A stretch of DNA of 64,000 bases from contig JBNZDD010013687.1 in the NCBI GenBank assembly GCA_050575255.1, positions 5,933,012-5,997,011 on the forward strand, written 5' to 3'. The translations under genes and the position numbers were made by a program. This DNA is from Harriotta raleighana. Taxonomy: Eukaryota. Shown here piece by piece: positions 51,837 to 64,000 of this stretch. The notes under the pieces are model-generated. The model was not told where the DNA came from. It did not search any database and saw only the letters and a program-made list of their open reading frames with translations. Positions within the stretch are counted from its first letter, which is position 1; every line of letters begins with the position of its first letter.

Positions 51837-52019
51837 CACCAGCTCAGTAAACATGATGTCGAGTTCCTCAGCTGGAGGCATAGGCAATGCTGGCTCCATG
51901 GTCTGCAGGGCAAAACCGCTGTCATTCCGTAGCCGGTACGTGATCTCTGGATGGTCACTCCCCCGAAAACAGCAGAAGATGAAGGAAAGACCCCGGGTAC
52001 CTCTCTTCCTAGGGGCCAT
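51837..52019 (-). CDS. DAAM1: DAAM1 exon 2, coding part ([61 protein letters not shown])
   Basis: 183 nt from the ATG at 52019. Donor GTG|gtaagt. The exon starts at 52056 after ttgtttcctcag, giving 37 nt of 5'UTR. An in-frame ATG also lies at 52025. Confidence 0.96.
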
Positions 52020-53349
52020 GTTCATATTTTGGTCCGTCAGTCACAGCTAACGATGCCTGAGGAAACAAACAAAAGAGGGCACTTAAATACAAAGAGCTTA
52101 ACAACCAAGCCCCCTCCCCCAATCCCAACCACACAACACACACAAAGAACTTCACAAAGGCAAATCACATTCCACACTGCTCACCATCCTCATCCCCATT
52201 TGTTTTGCATCATTGGGCAAATCGTCCAACTCTGTCTGTGCATTCCTATTTATCTTCCAAGCAGAGCTGGCACAGTTAATGTTTAAACATTTGACAATCA
52301 AAACGTTCAATAAAGCGGGCATCCCTTTGCTGAGGCATTTGCTTTGTACCGGAATGGAGCCAAAATGGATACGGTCAACGGAAGTTATCCATGGTTTGAG
52401 AATACTGGGATATACAGGCATCACATTAATGAGCCACACAGGCTTGAAGGTTGCCAGTCAGCACTGGGTTAGCTAATCGCATATAGGCAACACCTTGTAT
52501 TTGTCATTTGTGTAGGATCCTTCACATAAGGATAATGTCCCATAGCACTTTATGAAGACGCTGGACGAGGGAGAGAAGCGACTGTAAGTGTAGGCAATGA
52601 AATGTCAATACTTATGTCCAAGGCTCATATGAAAACTAACTTGGATGAGTGGAAACCACCCAACTACCGGAGGGAAATACAAACATAAGAAAACAGGAAC
52701 AGAAAAGGAGTTCATCCCATCGAGCCTGTTCCACTGGTTTATTAAGATTTTGCCAGATGTATTAACCCCAATGCCATGTCCTTTCACCATACACCTTAAC
52801 CTCTCGACTACCAGAGTAACTTATAACCATCCCTATCAATGCACCTCGTCAACTTTGCAGATCACAGCATCTTGAAATTCTTGCCTAGCGGATGAATGAC
52901 TTCCTCACATTACTGATTTCCTGTTTTTATTGGATTCCTGTGACTGGTTGGCTTCTAGTACCTCCCCCAAGAGCTCCAAGACACTACCATGCTTGAAAGT
53001 CATTATACTGTATAAATGTACATTGTTGTAGCAAGTTGCCGTTATCATGCGAGAGCCTTAGCAGTGAGTATCTACATTCCATTCACCTAGAAAGAGGGTT
53101 TGAAAGAGTGTAGAGCAAGAAACCCTTTAATCCTCTCCCTTTTTGGTGAAGAGCGAGTTTAAAAAAAAAGTTTAAATAAATAAAAGGACTGAAATAAGGT
53201 TCACAATCAACTGATTATAGACAAGAAACTCAGTATATAAAGTGAGGAATTTAAAGCCACATCCCTCTCTGCCCAACTCCCCACACCCTTGTCAACACAG
53301 AGAGAGAGAGAGAGAGAGAGAAAAAGGAGAAAGGGCTACATTGCTAGAA

Positions 53350-53908
53350 CACATTGCAAACTTGCCCAACACAGCTGGCAGGATGACAAAAGGGGTCTTT
53401 AAGTCATTGAATGAAAACAAACTGTTATTTCTGGGAGAGGATATGAGCATATCCTGGTGGACCCAGTTGGCTGACACGTTGTTTACAATAAGGCCGGTAA
53501 TCAGATCGCAAAGCCAACAGAACACTGAAACAACGCGCACCAATTTTGCAGCCCAATACCATGTGGCCCAACCCCCATCCTCTCTCCCCCATGAAACTCA
53601 TGCTGAACAACAGACAGAGATCTCTCCGATCAGTCNCACATTGCAAACTTGCCCAACACAGCTGGCAGGATGACAAAAGGGGTCTTTAAGTCATTGAATG
53701 AAAACAAACTGTTATTTCTGGGAGAGGATATGAGCATATCCTGGTGGACCCAGTTGGCTGACACGTTGTTTACAATAAGGCCGGTAATCAGATCGCAAAG
53801 CCAACAGAACACTGAAACAACGCGCACCAATTTTGCAGCCCAATACCATGTGGCCCAACCCCCATGAAACTCATGCTGAACAACAGACAGAGATCTCTCC
53901 GATCAGTC
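53350..53908. repeat. Tandem duplication (286 + 272 nt) around a single N at 53636; probable assembly artefact
   Basis: The copies appear identical except for a 14-nt indel between cccccat direct repeats. Confidence 0.9.
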
Positions 53909-54929
53909 TCAGCTCAGAGTCTATGAAACTGAAAGTTAATTTGAAAGTACCAAATGGAACAATGGAATAAATAAATATTCCTCACATTTGATAGAGCGCC
54001 TTTCATATCATGAGCAAATCTCAGTCTTCACAGCATTTACTGTAAAGTGCAGTGACTGTGTACATTTTGTAGGCAAATGTGGCAGCCAGTTTGTGGACAA
54101 TGTTCCACAAACACAAAATGAGTGATCAATTTTATCTGCTGGCCAGGACATCAGGAGAAATTGCTTTTTCTTTTCAAATAGAGTAATGGGATCTTTAAAT
54201 GTCCACCTGAACATGTAGATAGCACCTCGGTATGACGCAGAATTTGCCGATTGTGGATTTTACCCCAATTGAAATCACCTCTCAGAAAAAATATCAAAGT
54301 AATCAAAGCCCTCGGCTTCATCACCCTTCATCAGCTATTCCCACCCCACCACCCCCATCTGGACATTTGACAAAATACCTCCAAGATAATGTCATACTAA
54401 CGCTACATTCTTTAACCAGACCAGCTGCATTCCAAATGATATCTCAATGCCCTTAAAATCACAAGTTCAGTTCGCTTGATCATCTCTCTCACTCCTAATT
54501 GTTGCAATTGTAATCAGCAATTGTCTCCAGGTTCTCTTCTAAACACTAACAGCATAAACAGATTCTCCTTCAGAGTCGATTCTAACCGAGGGAAATGCTA
54601 TTACAGTATCAAGTTCCTCACTGCAGCGCGAGTTTGCTTCAAACGTACTCTCCCATGGGTTCACTTCCAATGCTTGCAGAGCTACCAGAGCTATATAACA
54701 ACAATAACTTGCATTTATATTGTAGCTTAGTGGTTACAGAACTCGCTTTGCAAGTGAGATGACCTGGGTTTGATTCCCGGTCAGGGCGAAAAGTTTTCTT
54801 ATTCAACAGGCCTCTTTTTACCTAGTACAGTAGTATGGAAGAACCCGGTTATGAGTCAATTGGTGGATTGATTTTCTGTGGGTAATAATCCTTTATAAAA
54901 TATATCTTTTGGTCACTCAATTAACACAA

Positions 54930-55620
54930 GAAATGCTAGTCGAAAAATAGACCACGGTCCATCTTGTTTGCCTTCCACCTTCCTGGCGGTCTCAAGCCCA
55001 TATATCCTGAACTACCCAAGTACTGTATCCCATAATGTTATTTCCTAAAAGAAAATGAGCTAATCTGTGTTTGAATGAACACTTCCTGCTTCAACCATCT
55101 CCCTTGGGAGCCTATTTCACAGGTTTAATTTTCACTCACTGAAATAAGTGTTTGCATAGATTTGTTTTAAATTTACCCCACTTCAATCGCAGGCTACATC
55201 CTCTATTTTTACCATTCTGGATAAGTTGAAACAGCTTGTCATGTTCTATATTGTCTAGCCCCTTTAGAATCCTGAAGATAGCAATTATGTCACCTCTCCA
55301 TCTTTCTTTTTCTGGGTATGTTCTCTTTGGGAATATTCTCTTCGAACATGCCCAAGTTATTTGTCTCTCTTTACAGTCCAGTCCCCTCCATTCTGTCAAT
55401 GATTTTGGTTTGGTTTTCTTCATCTTTGATTTCTCCAATATCCTTTTCATACTGGGGCCATCAGTACTGTACACAGTATACTCTAAATATGCCATCATTT
55501 ATGATTTTATTTTGGTCCAGATGCACCACGATTCTATCCTTAATAAAAGTCTCCATCTTTTTACCCACAGTGGACATCAAACTTACTGGTTTGTAGTTTC
55601 CTGCGTCACTCTTGGTAAAT
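54930..55620 (-). mobile_element. Degraded CR1-type LINE fragment
   Basis: Minus-strand translations GNYKPVSLMSTVGKKMETFIKDRI and WRGDIIAIFRILKGLD. Confidence 0.8.
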
Positions 55621-58600
55621 TTCACAACTGCTTGTGGGACACTCCTGTGTGCAATTGGTTGCTGCATTTCACCCTCAAAATATATAGTCAATCCACTTTA
55701 CAGTATATTCTGTGAAGCGCTTTGAAATATCTCAAAGACGTGATAAGGCACTACATCAAATGAAAGGATTATGATACAGCACTCTCATGCAGGATAGCAT
55801 CGCACTACACTTGACATTGGCAGAGTATGATGCTGAGACAGGAGGAAACGACCATAGGCACAATTGATATCTGCAGTATAAAAGTAGACTTACAGAATTT
55901 TAATTAAACTGGAACACTTTAACCACAAAAAGTAGAGTGGTTACGTGAAAAATTAAAATCTGTAAAGTAGAAACTTTATTAAAAGTGAATGACAGACCTG
56001 CATTTTTAACATGCAATTAATCACTCACTTCTATGATTAGCCAGAATGAAACCAAAATAAACCTAACATTTGTTGATATTTACTTCCACACAATTACAAC
56101 ACAAAGGAGATTTACAGCAGCCACTCTACTCAACAAGTCACAGTGCAGTGGCAATGGCCTTTGAATATTAAGGGAAAATAATTGCAGTTGCTGAATGAGT
56201 TATGCTGCAACAAAATCCCATGGCACTATTTGCAAAGCGAAGGGAGTTTCTCCCTGTGCCGTGCTCAACAATCCCCTGGCCTAGACAATACTGTAATTGG
56301 ATGTTGGGATGTTGCTATGGGCAAATTTGCTACCTTGTTTGACTTCAACTACACAATGAGGGCACATCACTGTAATCCCTGCGAAGCACTGGGATGTATT
56401 GACAATGTGATAAGGCACTGCATCAAATGTAAGGTTTATTATTATCGCCATTAATTGAATGGAATAAAACATCCATAATACCAGAAGTTATTCCGCAGTC
56501 CATTGCCCAGATGAGCACTGGCTAATTGTCACTGTTGCACTTCACAAATGAACAGTGGGACATCCAGGTATCAGGCACTTAAATGGAAACCCCATTTACA
56601 AAACACTAATCTCACTTTGTAAGGAAGAGATGGTCACATATGAATCTTAGAAAGCATTCAAACCCAGTTATAAAAATAATAATAATCCTTGCATTTCATA
56701 TTTTTCACATCTGTGAGACATCTCAAATTGCTTCACAGAATATACTGTAAAGTGAATTGACTCTGTATGTGGGCGAAACACAGCAGCCAATTGCAAACAG
56801 CAGTGTGTCACAAACAGTCATGGATTGAGGGACCTGCTTGAGTAAGTGTCTGTGCTCTTATCCCCCAGATCAGATTCAGAGATCAAAGAAAATGGTGGAA
56901 AAAAATCCAGAAATCCTACTTCAGTATCCTAAATTGCCTCACGCAATTTACTGCCACTTTTCGCCCCCAAAGTGTATCCTGTGTGAAGCACTTTGAGATG
57001 ACTTGAACATGCGATAAGGCACTACATCAAATGCAAGGATTATTATTAGTACTATTTTTAATAAACATTCAACACAAATTATTGCATTCTCAAGTCGCCT
57101 CGTATTTTCTCTCATTAGCATTCGCAAACAGGAAAAGCTTAACTCAATGTGGCGGAGAGAAAATGATGCGAGCCACCCTCCTTGGTCGGTCAGAGGAATG
57201 CGAGTACACAACCACCCACCTGCAGACCGAGAGTTTTCTTGGTAACAAGAGGCACAAGACAGACAGGAGAGTCACTGTCCGTAATGCAAGAGTTGGAGAC
57301 GTATTGAGTGAGTCATCACCATCTGATTGAAGACATTCCAAACCATATTAATGTGACTTTCTTTCATTTTGAAACAATAGATTAGACCGATAAATTACTA
57401 TTGTGACATGTTCTTTTGGAAAACATTAAAAGGAAACATGTGTGCCCCAGACTTGAACATTGTTTTCCAACGGTAATAATAATAATAAGCCTTGCATTTG
57501 ATAAAGCATCTCATCATGTCAGAGACATCTCAAAGCACTTCACGGGGTTTACTCTAAAAGTGGGGTGACGTGTGCATCTTGTGAGAGAATGCTGCAGTCA
57601 ATATGCACCCAAAAATTTCCCATAAACAGCCATGAAGTGAGTGACCAATTCTATAATGGTTACAATGCATGCTGAATTTTTCTGATCCCTATATACTTCA
57701 AATGGGGAGTTTCAGAGGAAGTCCTTCCCACAGAGGGTGGTGAGAATATGGAACTTACTGCCAGAACCTGTGGTTAGAAATAAAAAGCATCAATGTACTT
57801 ACTGTACAAGAAAACGGGGTGCCTACACAAGCGAGAAAGGAATAGAGGGGTACTGGAGGCTTTTGTGGCATGTAAACACCAGTAGACACTTTTTGGATCA
57901 AATGATCCGTTTCCATATACTGCATGTAACTATGAGCATTTGAAAGGAGTCGTTTTAACATCTTACCTCAAATAAACATTTTTTGACTGCTGAGCACGGG
58001 AATGTGCACACCATCCCAGACAGCCAAAAACCACACATATACTGTATATGGCGGACCAGTAAATAACTTCCGATGCAATCTATATACTGTCTGAGATTCT
58101 CACTGATGCCAGTCTCCAGTAAGGCACCAAATAAAGTTTTTCTTCAAAATCAAAACACTTGGAAGTGAAGCTAAATAGTGGGAAGCATTAATAAACATGA
58201 AATAGGTCAACAAATGTCACGATCCCATTTCCTACATAACTATTAACCTCTTGATCTATGATGTTCTGTGCACTGTGTATAAAAAAGGAGTTAATACTGT
58301 ACAAGGTTCCCAAAAATATGAAGTATAATAGTCAGAAAGCAGGCAAATCGTGCAATTTCAGTTTGCAAAAAACACTGAAAGGTGGCAGATGAACTCAAAC
58401 CATGAACTATGTTTCTTGCAAAGCAGATAACCAAGTATCTATCCAAGTGAAAACAAATTTCAACAATAGCACATGGTAAGTCATTGCAATATTACTTCTG
58501 AATCAAACATCCATTGATCTCATCATACTTAGTATAAACAGTACATATCTTTGTGGTCACTTGTTTCTGTGAATTCATTCCCTTGGAAATTGTGATCAGT

Positions 58601-59259
58601 CAATTTAACACACTCAATATGAATTCAAGTTACAAGCTAAGCCTTGCACAATAGCTTGCAATTGATCCAATGTTTGCCATTTCCATCTGGATCAAAAAGA
58701 TATCCCGAAACAAAACAAATAGGCCATGCTAAATGCAGAGCACTTGATTTATTCCTATCAAGTAAATGGAGTAAACTTCATGAAGTAGCTTCATTTTTGG
58801 TTCAAATTAAGAGTATTCGGATTGACAAACAACAACTCCAGAAAGGATGACGAACATACCTCATATTTCTTTGCCGTCAATTGAGATTTTGAAACAAGTT
58901 AAAAAGTGGAACTGATTACACCACTACATTGCTCAGTTTTGGGGTCAGATATGAACCACATTTGAAATTTGACCTGAATAGGACAGTCTTAAATCAAATG
59001 CCATACTTAACAATACTTGGGTTTGGTATGGTGCCTTAAATATCAAGAATGTCTTTGTGCTTCACAGTCTCTTTCGAGAGATTGTGAATTTGTCGGGAAA
59101 TTGACAGCCAATTTTGCATCCAGAATGTCCCACAAATAGCCATGAAACAAATGATCAATTTTACATGAAGGATTGTTGGCTAGGATAGCAGAAGAAGCTC
59201 CCTTCTCTTTTCAAATAGTTCCATTAAAGTTTTGCTTATCATATATTTGATTCAAATTC

Positions 59260-59560
59260 AAGATTCTCTTCCTCACATTTAAAAGCCATCCATGGTCTTG
59301 CTCCTACCTCTGCGACCTATTAACAATTAGTCCACTCCCTCCACTTGATGGGCATCGGCCCTCTCCATATCCACCAAAATGCCCGCTCCACTATGGGCTT
59401 TCAGCCTTTCTGCCCCTACCCTCTGGATCTCCATCCCGGAACTCCTCTGCCTCACCCCCTTGCTTGCCTCCCTCAAGGCCTTTCTCAAGACCTTGTTTGA
59501 CAGTTCCTTCAGTCATCCTCCCACCTCTACCCCCATGCCTTCCATCCCTCCTGTCTCTGG
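59260..59560 (+). mobile_element. Degraded L2-type LINE 3' fragment
   Basis: FKILFLTFKA-like and WAFSLSAPTLWISIP...LKAFLKTLFD similarity to the other L2 copies. Confidence 0.72.
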
Positions 59561-60742
59561 CCCCCAGCTCAGAGCAAATCCTTCACTGTCCTGCACCTTA
59601 TAATATTAATAATCTTAGCATTTGATTATAGCACGTTATATCATTGAGATGTCTCTAAGCACTTCAGGGATTATACTGTAAAGTGGATTGTAGGCAAAAT
59701 GTGCTGTGGAATCCTGTAGCTCAGTATGCTTGACCTACTTTGCTCCTCCCTACTTGAAAGGCGCCATATAAATGCAATTTGTTGTTGTTGAAATACAACC
59801 CTGAATGATCCGATCCAGTTTTAGCCATACTGGTATACAGAATGATTTGAAGACTCTGAAGGTTTTGTGTAATTGTCACACCTGCACCACAGAATGGATC
59901 TGCTGGAATATACCGGAAAATACTGTCAGCCAGAACCTAAAACTCCAAGGGTAGTACAATATGGGACACACCACAGTAACTCCCAAACAAACCTGATTCA
60001 AGTGCATGGTGTGCTCACATATCACAGCTATTTAATATGTCAGCAAAATGGCACATTCCATATCCACAATGCCTGCGTTCACTCCACCACAGATTCACAG
60101 ATTAGATAGTGATTTCCTTTAGGGCTGCAGATGTTGCTTTCAAACCCACCTCTCTGGCGGCCTCTCGCCCTCTCGAGAGGTACACACAGACACACGATTA
60201 TTCATCATCCTTGGTTTTGACATTGTGCCTGTAACCTTACAACTTCTTAAAGCATTTCAGAGGCAATCCCCGTCAACTGTAGTTATTGTATTTGTAAGCA
60301 AATGTGGCAGCCAGCCATTCCAATAACAATCCTTGCATTTGATATAGTGCCTATTCAAGTCTTTGAGATATCGCAAAGCATTTCGTGGAATTATTCCCCG
60401 CACAACAAGATCACACAAGAAACCCTGAAGTGAATGAGAAGATCATTCCTGGATTGTTGGCCAGGACTTGGGAGAAAGAAACGCTCTTTTCCAATAGAGT
60501 AATGAAATCTTTAACATCCACCTGATTAGTCAGACACTATTTTGGTGTAATGTATCCTGCAAGAGCAGAATCTCCAACAATGCAGCACTCCCCAGCATCC
60601 AGGGGAATGTCAGGCAGGGCTGTGAGCAAAAAAGATCTGATGTGGAGGTTAAAATAATATTCAACTCTAAGCCATCCTTCACAGGAAGAAACTTTAAACC
60701 GAAGTCCCACTACCTGCATAGATGGTATAAGGATAAATGAAA

Positions 60743-61025
60743 GCATTTGATATAATGCTTTTCACGTCTTCTGGATGTCTCAAAGCACTTCACAGATTAT
60801 ACTGTAAAGTGAATTGGCTGTATATATGTGGGTGAAACGCGGCAGTCAATTGCGCACAGCAGTGTCCCACAAACAGGTGTGGATTGAAATTACCTTCTTT
60901 TTTGATGGATTACTATTAGGTGTGTGGAATAAGGAATCTTGCCCAAGGTTTTGCCCTGCTTGGAATTGACCCAAGATCACTCGCTTGTAAGACAATTGCT
61001 CTAACCACTGAGCTACAGGACCCCA
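60743..61025 (-). mobile_element. Full-length tRNA-derived SINE abutting an oppositely oriented Deu-type SINE fragment (about 61019-61255, +)
   Basis: Same family. Many shorter fragments occur throughout the introns, e.g. near 8250, 11070, 12520, 17530, 27340, 39680, 47170, 51690, 53970, 55625, 56675. Confidence 0.84.
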
Positions 61026-62114
61026 TGGCACTATTCAAAAAGAAAAGGGAGTTTCACCCGGTGTCCTGGCCATCATTTCTCCAAAATAAAATTGGTCATG
61101 GAGTGCCATGGCTGTTTGTGGAACATTACGGTGTGCGATTGACTGCTGTGTTTGGCCCACAAAATAACCAGTCAGTCCACTTTAAGGTGTATCCTATGAA
61201 GTGTTTTGAGACGTCTCAATGACACGATAGACCACTATATCGAAAGGTAAGGACTTTTACAAATAAAGGTAAGGTTTTAACCAGAAAGACTCAAATGATG
61301 ACTTCAGGGGCTATTTCAGTATTCATCACGAGTCACTCACGACAGAGTGAACTCTTGCTGTCGCTCCAGTGAAATATGACAGAGCTGATGAGCTGCAAGC
61401 ACTTCTAGGTTTATGACAGCTTCACTAAATGTATGCTCATCACTCTGACCAGGAAGAAACAGAAACTGAAGTTCATTAGTTAAAAGTACAAGACCCCCGC
61501 CTATACTGTAGACTCAATTTGAGCACCAGCGGAGGGTTGGGCAGGTGGGGGAAGGGATTTGAAATGTCCCACTCTGGCCCCAAAAGTCTGCACGCATACA
61601 ATTATTATTTGCAACTTATAAAGTAATTTCACTCTTCACCAATTCCATCGCGCAGAGCTCTCGGCTAGAAGGAAGCCAATGTAGCATTTTTGAAGCACCT
61701 TTTCACCATGGATATTTACTGTACAGAAGGCAGAAATTCGGCCCATCATGTCTGTGCCGGCTCCGTCAATAACAGGCCTCTCAATCTCATTTACCCTTCC
61801 TTTTCTGATAAATCTGTATCTAGGACCTTTAGGTTAAAACCCTTGAAACATCCTAAAGCGCTTTAGAAATGATTACAGTGCAGCAGCTTTTCAATCGATT
61901 GCCAAATCCTAATAACAATTGTTTCATTTGATATTGTCTTTCATATTTGGAAGTACTTCATAAAATATTCAGTGATTGTGTATCTTGTAGCAATTATACA
62001 GTTGCCCGCAAATACAATCAATTGACATTACAGAATTCACATTGAGAGATCTTAATGATGTGACATGATGCTGTATCCAATGAAAGGATTCTAATATATT
62101 GTATTCATTTTATG

Positions 62115-62430
62115 CAACAAAATAACCAAATTACATTTATATCACGCCTTTCACGTCAGGAGGACGGTTCTGAACAGTCATTGTTTCAGACCCGAGCTGG
62201 GTCGGGGATGGGGAGGATGGAGGGAAAGGGGGAGGGGGGTGAGTATTTGGAGTGACCCAAGAATTTAGGACCATCAAAAAGGAGGGGCTTGAGTTAAGAC
62301 TTGAAGGAGGCTCGGGAGGGGGCGAGGCGGAGGGACTGCGGGATGGAATTCCAACGGTTGGGGGCAGAGTGGCTGAAGATTTGTCCGCCAATGATGGGCA
62401 GGGTGGGTCAGGGGATGTGGAGCAGGCTCA
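62115..62430 (-). mobile_element. L2-type LINE 3' fragment
   Basis: Reverse complement of the L2 tail (cgcctttcacgtcaggaggacg) and of the C-terminal ORF2 region. Confidence 0.78.
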
Positions 62431-63167
62431 AGAAAAAGGCTGCTTGTATTTTCAAAGAGTAAAAATGACAAGGAAATCAACACATACAACAGAAATAAGA
62501 TTTCTTTTCCTTATCTACTTTGTTCTTTTTCGTTCACATTGCAGTTCTTGGGATTAGCAAATTTACACCCGTGCGTGTGTGTCTGTTTGTGTGTAGAAAC
62601 ATGCATTACAAACAGGGGAAGCCAAATGTTATTGGGACCTACGGGAGACACCCAGTCCTTCCTGAAATGTTCCCATTTACTGTACCCGTCAGATGACGGA
62701 GGAACTTTAATCATCCGCTTATAGTTTTGCATCTGCATTTGGGAAAGTAATGGCAGCAAACAGATGCTTCCTGCTGCGCAAACAGGGCTAGAGAACAATA
62801 CAGAGAATCACGTCAATCAGGTTCCTTTGTGACTTGATTTTACTTCTTTTTTTAAAAAAATCACAACCATGGCAGAATGTGAATTCACCCATCAAATGCT
62901 CAGCCACTACACTTGACAACAAAATCCCGCAAAGCGCTTTGAAACAGAAGGATGTTCTTCCCCTTAAATGTAGGGGCACCTCAGAATCTACAACGTTTTA
63001 TAAGTATAGTCTTCTTGCATCAGTTTCTCAGACAACTCATCTAAATATTTTCTTTTCAAAATAAGTGGGTGTATTGTATCTATTACATTTGATTTATGGC
63101 AATTCTCTTTTCAAAATGAGGCACTTCAGGAGATGTCCTCCTGATGTAAAAGGTGTTATAAACTTTG

Positions 63168-63858
63168 ATCACCTCCAGGCTTGACTACGGGAGGCCTCCT
63201 CGTCGGCCTTCCCAACTCCTCCTTTCGCAGGCTGCAGAACATTCAGAATTCTGCAGCCTGTGTACTCTCCCGCACTAGGCTCCATGACCAAATCACTCCC
63301 ACCCTTGCCCATCTCCACTGGCTCCCCATCCCCCAGAGGATCGACTTCAAGATCCTTGTCCTCACCTTCAAGACCATTCACTGCCTTGACCCCACCTATC
63401 TCTCTGACCTGCTGTCTCCCTATTAGCCTGCCCGCACCCTCCGTTCAGTATACTCAGGCCTGCTCCGTGTCCACCATCCAAACCGCCCAACCATCGGTGG
63501 CCGGGCGTTTAGCCTCTCTGCCCTCATATTATGGAACTCCATCCCACAGTCCCTCCGCCTTGCTTCCTCCCTTTCCTCCTTCAAGGCCAGCCTCAAGACC
63601 TTCCTCTTCAACCGCGCCTTCGGTTCCCCCCNNNNNNNNNNNNNNNNNNNNNNNNNNNNNNNNNNNNNNNNNNNNNNNNNNNNNNNNNNNNNNNNNNNNN
63701 NNNNNNNNNNNNTCCCCCCCCCCCCCCCAACTCTTCCCACTCTCCTTCCCCCTCTTCCTCCCCCCGACCCCCCATGCTCGGTTCCCAAAATGACTGTTCA
63801 GCGCTTTGGGATGTCCTCCCGACATGAAAGGTGCTGTACAAGTGTAATTTTGTTGTTG
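63168..63858 (+). mobile_element. L2-type LINE 3' fragment with an 80-N gap (63632-63711)
   Basis: Encodes RLQNIQNSAACVL...HWLPIPQRIDFKILVLTFK; same 3' tail as the copy at 45101. Confidence 0.92.
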
Positions 63859-64000
63859 TATATAAAAATGGAAAATCGTACTGTTTGTATGATGACCCAG
63901 GAGCAGAGAGAATGGTGGTTTATTCTAATTTTTAAATGATTTGAGTTTTTTTTTAAAAAAACAATCTTGTGGTAATGCTTCATATAGCTCAGAAAACACA

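Larger units (their letters stand above)
299..52056 (-). other. DAAM1: DAAM1 gene span (partial; Dishevelled-associated activator of morphogenesis 1, diaphanous-related formin)
   Basis: 23 coding exons with AG acceptors and GT donors (one GC) splice in frame into a 951-aa protein collinear with vertebrate DAAM1. DAAM1-type segments: [53 protein letters not shown]. Confidence 0.97.

Noticed and set aside
1-64000. CRISPR arrays, operons, rRNA or recognisable snoRNA/miRNA genes
   Set aside because: None seen. The window is a single eukaryotic intron-rich gene, and the recurring motifs are dispersed SINE and LINE tails.

Overview
This is vertebrate genomic DNA, most likely from a cartilaginous fish: the repeats are L2 and CR1 LINEs plus tRNA-headed Deu-type SINEs, as expected for a chimaera or shark. 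The minus strand carries the formin gene DAAM1. I reconstructed 23 phase-compatible coding exons from the start codon (52019) to exon 299-430, giving 2853 nt or 951 aa that cover GBD/FH3, coiled coil, FH1 and most of FH2. The last exons lie left of the window, and no 5' non-coding first exon was identified. Almost all other ORF-track entries are intronic noise or transposon remnants. The ORF track misses the most interesting features: (1) the 30-nt neural-type microexon DFFLNNHTKQ (15419-15448) with a dense UGC (SRRM3/4-type) signature; (2) a candidate second, frame-preserving 15-nt microexon CFEMQ (28482-28496) in the GTPase-binding domain that I do not recognise from known DAAM1 isoforms; (3) an obligatory weak GC-AG intron (22305-23584); (4) a near-perfect hairpin with 40-bp arms (41859-41965); (5) unclassified dispersed repeats and a probable haplotype-duplication assembly artefact (53350-53908). 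Exon numbering assumes one upstream non-coding exon, as in mammals. Repeat boundaries are approximate.
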